Shown here piece after piece: positions 60,458 to 64,000 of a stretch of DNA of 64,000 bases (its first letter is position 1; every line of letters begins with the position of its first letter). This stretch comes from an uncultured Gemmatimonas sp. (GTDB lineage Bacteria > Gemmatimonadota > Gemmatimonadetes > Gemmatimonadales > Gemmatimonadaceae): contig CAZWSJ010000008.1 of the NCBI GenBank assembly GCA_964636415.1, positions 7,548 to 71,547 of the forward strand, written 5' to 3'. The translations under genes were made by a program, and so were the position numbers. The notes beneath the pieces are model-generated. The model did not search any database. It saw only the letters and a list, made by a program, of their open reading frames with translations, and was not told where the DNA came from.

Positions 60458-61126
60458 ATGTCCGGTGTTGCAGGGAACTTGAGCGGTTACAGAGGAGTTC
60501 GTCTGGACCTGCTCGTAGCGCTCAAGAAGGCTCAGCCACTTACGGCTCACGAGCTGGGTGAGCAATTCGGCCTCACCGCCAATGCGCTTCGCCGACACCT
60601 CAAGGTGCTCGAAGAGGATGGATTGGTGCGTTACAGCCGCGAGATACGGGGAGTTGGTGCCCCGGTTTTTGCGTATTCTCTCGCTCCTCAGGGTGAGGCG
60701 CTGTTCCCACGCGGCTATGCGGAGGTCCTCGCAACCGCGCTGGAGGCCCTGAGACGCCAGGCGGGAATCGCCGGTGTTGAAGCGGTGCTTGAGGCAGAGT
60801 GGATGCGTCTGGCGGATGAGGCTGCGCCTGTACTCAAGTCCCTGCCAATGCACGAGCGGCTGTCGCTCTTGGCCGAGCTGCTAACGGCCAAGGGTTACAT
60901 GGCTGAACAGGTCGACGTCGGCACACCGGCACTGCGCATTCACAACTGTGCCATGCGCGAGATAGCAGAACGTTTTCCGGAAGTATGCGCTGTCGAGGCC
61001 CGTTTCATGGAGCGGGCACTTGGCACGCCGGTCGTACGCAGCGCGCACAGACGCGATGGATGTGCATTCTGTGAATACAGGCTTACGGGTCAACCATTTC
61101 AGGCAGGGCTAGAGGAACACGCATGA
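60458..61126 (+). CDS. SufR-like HTH regulator
   Basis: HTH, RRHL..LE..G, GAP and C-terminal Cys ligands (HNC, VC, CAFC); ATGA overlap with sufB. Confidence 0.85.
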   Translation: MSGVAGNLSGYRGVRLDLLVALKKAQPLTAHELGEQFGLTANALRRHLKVLEEDGLVRYSREIRGVGAPVFAYSLAPQGEALFPRGYAEVLATALEALRRQAGIAGVEAVLEAEWMRLADEAAPVLKSLPMHERLSLLAELLTAKGYMAEQVDVGTPALRIHNCAMREIAERFPEVCAVEARFMERALGTPVVRSAHRRDGCAFCEYRLTGQPFQAGLEEHA

Positions 61127-62556
61127 GTTCGACCATCGACGCACTGGTCAATCGCGAGTATCAATACGGCTTCACCACGGACATCGAGGCGGAAACACTT
61201 CCGCCGGGCCTGAGTGAGGACACGATTCGCTTTATTTCGGGCCGCAAACACGAGCCCGAGTGGCTGCTCGAATGGCGCCTCAAGGCCTACCGCCGCTGGC
61301 TGACCATGACCGAGCCGCGCTGGGGCAATGTGAAGTTCCCGGCCATCGACTACCAGGCACAGAGCTACTACAGCGCACCCAAGAGCGTAAAGCCTGTCGA
61401 GTCCCTCGACGAGGTGGATCCAAAGCTGCTGGATACCTACAAGAAACTGGGCATCTCGCTCAACGAGCAGAAGCGCCTCTCGGGGGTCGCGGTCGACGCA
61501 GTGTTCGACTCCGTGTCGGTGGGTACCACCTTCAAGGATGAACTGGCAAAGCACGGCATCATCTTCATGTCCTTCGGTGAAGCGGTGCGCCGTCACCCCG
61601 AACTGGTGCGAAAGTATCTGGGCTCAGTGGTGCCCTACAGCGACAACTTCTTTGCCGCTCTCAACAGCGCCGTGTTCTCAGATGGCTCCTTCTGCTACAT
61701 CCCCAAGGGAGTCAAATGCCCGCTCGAGCTCTCCACCTACTTCCGCATCAACCAGGCCGACACGGGCCAGTTTGAGCGCACACTCATCATTGCTGATGAA
61801 GGTGCTCAGGTGAGCTATCTTGAGGGCTGCACGGCACCCAAGCGTGACACCAATCAGCTGCACGCGGCCGTGGTGGAGATCATCGCGCACGATAATTCGT
61901 CGGTGAAATACAGCACCGTGCAGAACTGGTACTCCGGCGACGAAAACGGCGTTGGCGGCATCTTCAACTTTGTCACAAAGCGTGGCAAGGCATTCAAGAA
62001 CTCCAAGATTTCCTGGACGCAGGTTGAGACGGGTTCAGCCATCACCTGGAAATATCCCAGCGTGATCCTGCAGGGCGACAATGCCATAGGCGAGTTCTAC
62101 TCGGTAGCTGTGGCCACCAAGAAGCAGCAGGCCGACACGGGCACCAAGATGATCCACATCGGACGCAACACGAGGTCCACGATCGTCTCCAAGGGAATCA
62201 GCGCCATGGAAGGCCAGAACAGTTATCGTGGCCGCGTGCAGATCCTTCCCAAGGCTGAGGGAGCACGCAATTACACGCAGTGTGACTCCATGCTTGTGGG
62301 CAACCGCTGCGGCGCGCACACCTTCCCCTATATCGAGGTTGGCAACAACACTGCCACGCTCGAACACGAAGCCTCCACATCCAAGATCGGTGAAGACCAG
62401 ATCTTCTACCTCAAGGCTCGTGGACTCGATGCCGAACAGGCTGTTTCGATGATTGTGAGCGGATTCTGCAAGGAAGTCTTCAAGGAGCTTCCAATGGAAT
62501 TCGCCCTCGAGGCGCAACAGTTGCTGGGAATCACGCTGGAAGGTTCGGTGGGCTGA
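61123..62556 (+). CDS. sufB: Fe-S cluster assembly protein SufB
   Basis: [26 protein letters not shown] and EHEASTS. Confidence 0.97.
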   Translation: MSSTIDALVNREYQYGFTTDIEAETLPPGLSEDTIRFISGRKHEPEWLLEWRLKAYRRWLTMTEPRWGNVKFPAIDYQAQSYYSAPKSVKPVESLDEVDPKLLDTYKKLGISLNEQKRLSGVAVDAVFDSVSVGTTFKDELAKHGIIFMSFGEAVRRHPELVRKYLGSVVPYSDNFFAALNSAVFSDGSFCYIPKGVKCPLELSTYFRINQADTGQFERTLIIADEGAQVSYLEGCTAPKRDTNQLHAAVVEIIAHDNSSVKYSTVQNWYSGDENGVGGIFNFVTKRGKAFKNSKISWTQVETGSAITWKYPSVILQGDNAIGEFYSVAVATKKQQADTGTKMIHIGRNTRSTIVSKGISAMEGQNSYRGRVQILPKAEGARNYTQCDSMLVGNRCGAHTFPYIEVGNNTATLEHEASTSKIGEDQIFYLKARGLDAEQAVSMIVSGFCKEVFKELPMEFALEAQQLLGITLEGSVG

Positions 62557-62630
62557 GAGCCGCCGCACACGCCTTTCGCAATGAGTACAACATTTTCCGT
62601 CGAACACTTCAAACATTCGCTTCAATAGAC

Positions 62631-63380
62631 ATGCTGCAGATAAAGGACCTCCATGCCTCCATAGAAGGCAAGCCGATTCTCAATGGCATCTCACTCACGG
62701 TGAACGCCGGTGAAATGCACGCCATCATGGGCCCCAACGGTTCGGGCAAGAGCACCCTGGCACAGGTGCTGGCCGGTCATCCGGCTTACGAAGTCACCAG
62801 TGGCGAGGTGACCTACAAAGGACAGAACCTGTTGGAAATGGAACCCGAGATCAGGGCACAGGCGGGTGTGTTTCTTGCCTTCCAGTATCCTGTTGAGATT
62901 CCGGGTGTAACCAACGCGTATTTCCTGCGTGCGGCATACAACGAAATCCGCAAGGCACAGGGCCTCGAAGAAGTGGACCCCATGGAGTTCCTCGACCTGG
63001 TGGATGAGAAGCTCAGAATGGTGGATATGGATTCGTCCATGCTCAATCGCTCGGTGAACGCCGGCTTCTCGGGTGGTGAGAAGAAGCGCAACGAGATTCT
63101 GCAGATGGCCGTGCTGCAACCAACGCTGTCCATCCTGGATGAAACCGACTCGGGCCTTGACATCGACGCACTGCGCATCGTGGCCGAAGGTGTGAACGCA
63201 CTCAAGCGTCCTGACAACGCCACCATCGTGGTCACGCACTATCAGCGCCTGCTCAACCACATCGTGCCTGACTTCGTGCATGTGCTGGCCGGCGGCCGCA
63301 TCATCAAGTCGGGCGACAAGTCGCTGGCGCTGGAACTGGAGAACCGCGGTTACGACTGGCTCCTGGAGACTGCAGCGTGA
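62631..63380 (+). CDS. sufC: Fe-S cluster assembly ATPase SufC
   Basis: GPNGSGKS, FQYPVEIPG, FSGGEKKR, LDETDSGLD and THYQR. Confidence 0.97.
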   Translation: MLQIKDLHASIEGKPILNGISLTVNAGEMHAIMGPNGSGKSTLAQVLAGHPAYEVTSGEVTYKGQNLLEMEPEIRAQAGVFLAFQYPVEIPGVTNAYFLRAAYNEIRKAQGLEEVDPMEFLDLVDEKLRMVDMDSSMLNRSVNAGFSGGEKKRNEILQMAVLQPTLSILDETDSGLDIDALRIVAEGVNALKRPDNATIVVTHYQRLLNHIVPDFVHVLAGGRIIKSGDKSLALELENRGYDWLLETAA

Positions 63381-64000
63381 GTACGGGACTCCGATTTGCC
63401 GAACAGGCGCTCGCAGCTTCGGCTGAGAATGTGCCGGCCCACATAAGTGCCCTGCGCAAGGCAGGCGCCGAGGCGTTCAAGACCCTGGGCTTCCCGGACC
63501 GGCACAACGAGGACTGGCACTACACCAATGTTGCCGATATTGCCTCGACGCAATACAGTGTGGCCGTGGACAGTGAGCACAGTCATTCCGTTGATGCCGC
63601 GTCACTGGAACCCTATCTGTTCGACTCAAGCTGGCCTCTGGTGGTTTTCGTGAACGGCCGGCTTGATGCTGAACTCTCCACGCTTGAGGTACTCCCCGAG
63701 GGAGTGCGAGTGATGAGCCTTGCCGAAGCTGCCAAGTCCGAGCCGGAGCTGCTGGCGAAACATCTCGGTGTTGCCGCACCCGCAACGCGTGATGGTTTCA
63801 CAGCGCTCAACTCTGCTTTCTCCGGCGAGGGCACGCTCATTCACATTGCGCGTGAGATGGTGACCGACATTCCCGTGCACATCCTGCACGTGATGGATGA
63901 GGGTGCCGCGAATCTCATGAGCAATCCGAGGCACCTGCTGGTGGCCGAACAGCAGGCCCGTGGACTGGTGGTGGAGAGCTACGTATCGCTGGCCCAAGTT
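63377..64000 (+). CDS. sufD: Fe-S cluster assembly protein SufD (5' part; runs off the window)
   Basis: GTG overlaps the sufC stop; frame reads ...GFPDRHNEDWHYTN...VFVNG...ALNSAF; absent from the ORF track because it has no stop in the window. Confidence 0.88.
   Translation, partial: MSTGLRFAEQALAASAENVPAHISALRKAGAEAFKTLGFPDRHNEDWHYTNVADIASTQYSVAVDSEHSHSVDAASLEPYLFDSSWPLVVFVNGRLDAELSTLEVLPEGVRVMSLAEAAKSEPELLAKHLGVAAPATRDGFTALNSAFSGEGTLIHIAREMVTDIPVHILHVMDEGAANLMSNPRHLLVAEQQARGLVVESYVSLAQV

Overview
This is a gene-dense, GC-rich bacterial chromosomal window, probably Gemmatimonadota. That assignment is an inference from the style of the Ser/Thr kinase, the GGRGG-rich inserts and the conserved hypothetical proteins. 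It holds about 65 CDS, and I found no rRNA, tRNA, CRISPR array or mobile element. The main blocks are: (1) a metal locus at 1.6-8.2 kb with Cys-free L31, copD/copC, a ZIP-like+permease fusion, a COG0523 GTPase and a PAP2 phosphatase, divergent from fur-sco-pcuAC; (2) a bioF-like gene, frnE-type DsbA, pdxH, an ECF sigma/RskA pair, rsgA, proline dehydrogenase, glpD, greA, LOG, MazG-like, HDOD and REC-GGDEF-EAL; (3) queG, a TetR-regulated RND pump, modABC, ggt, fasciclin, gabD and copZ-copA-csoR with CsoR boxes; (4) assorted enzymes, including a Tat-signal aldo-keto reductase upstream of an NTT-like nucleotide translocase; (5) SufT-like, a divergent lspA, rnd, ferredoxin, yhbY, M23 and sufR-sufBCD, which runs off the window end. 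The best leads are the metal locus, where the GTPase and transporter both contain no cysteine and lack their family metal-binding Cys motifs; the Tat-AKR/NTT pair, which may be a periplasmic pyridine-nucleotide system; apparently frequent leaderless promoters (TANNNT-N6/7-start); a sigma54/IHF promoter ahead of an atypical LspA; and an E. coli-like dual promoter plus leader hairpin upstream of greA. All calls come from reading motifs by eye; no database searches were run.
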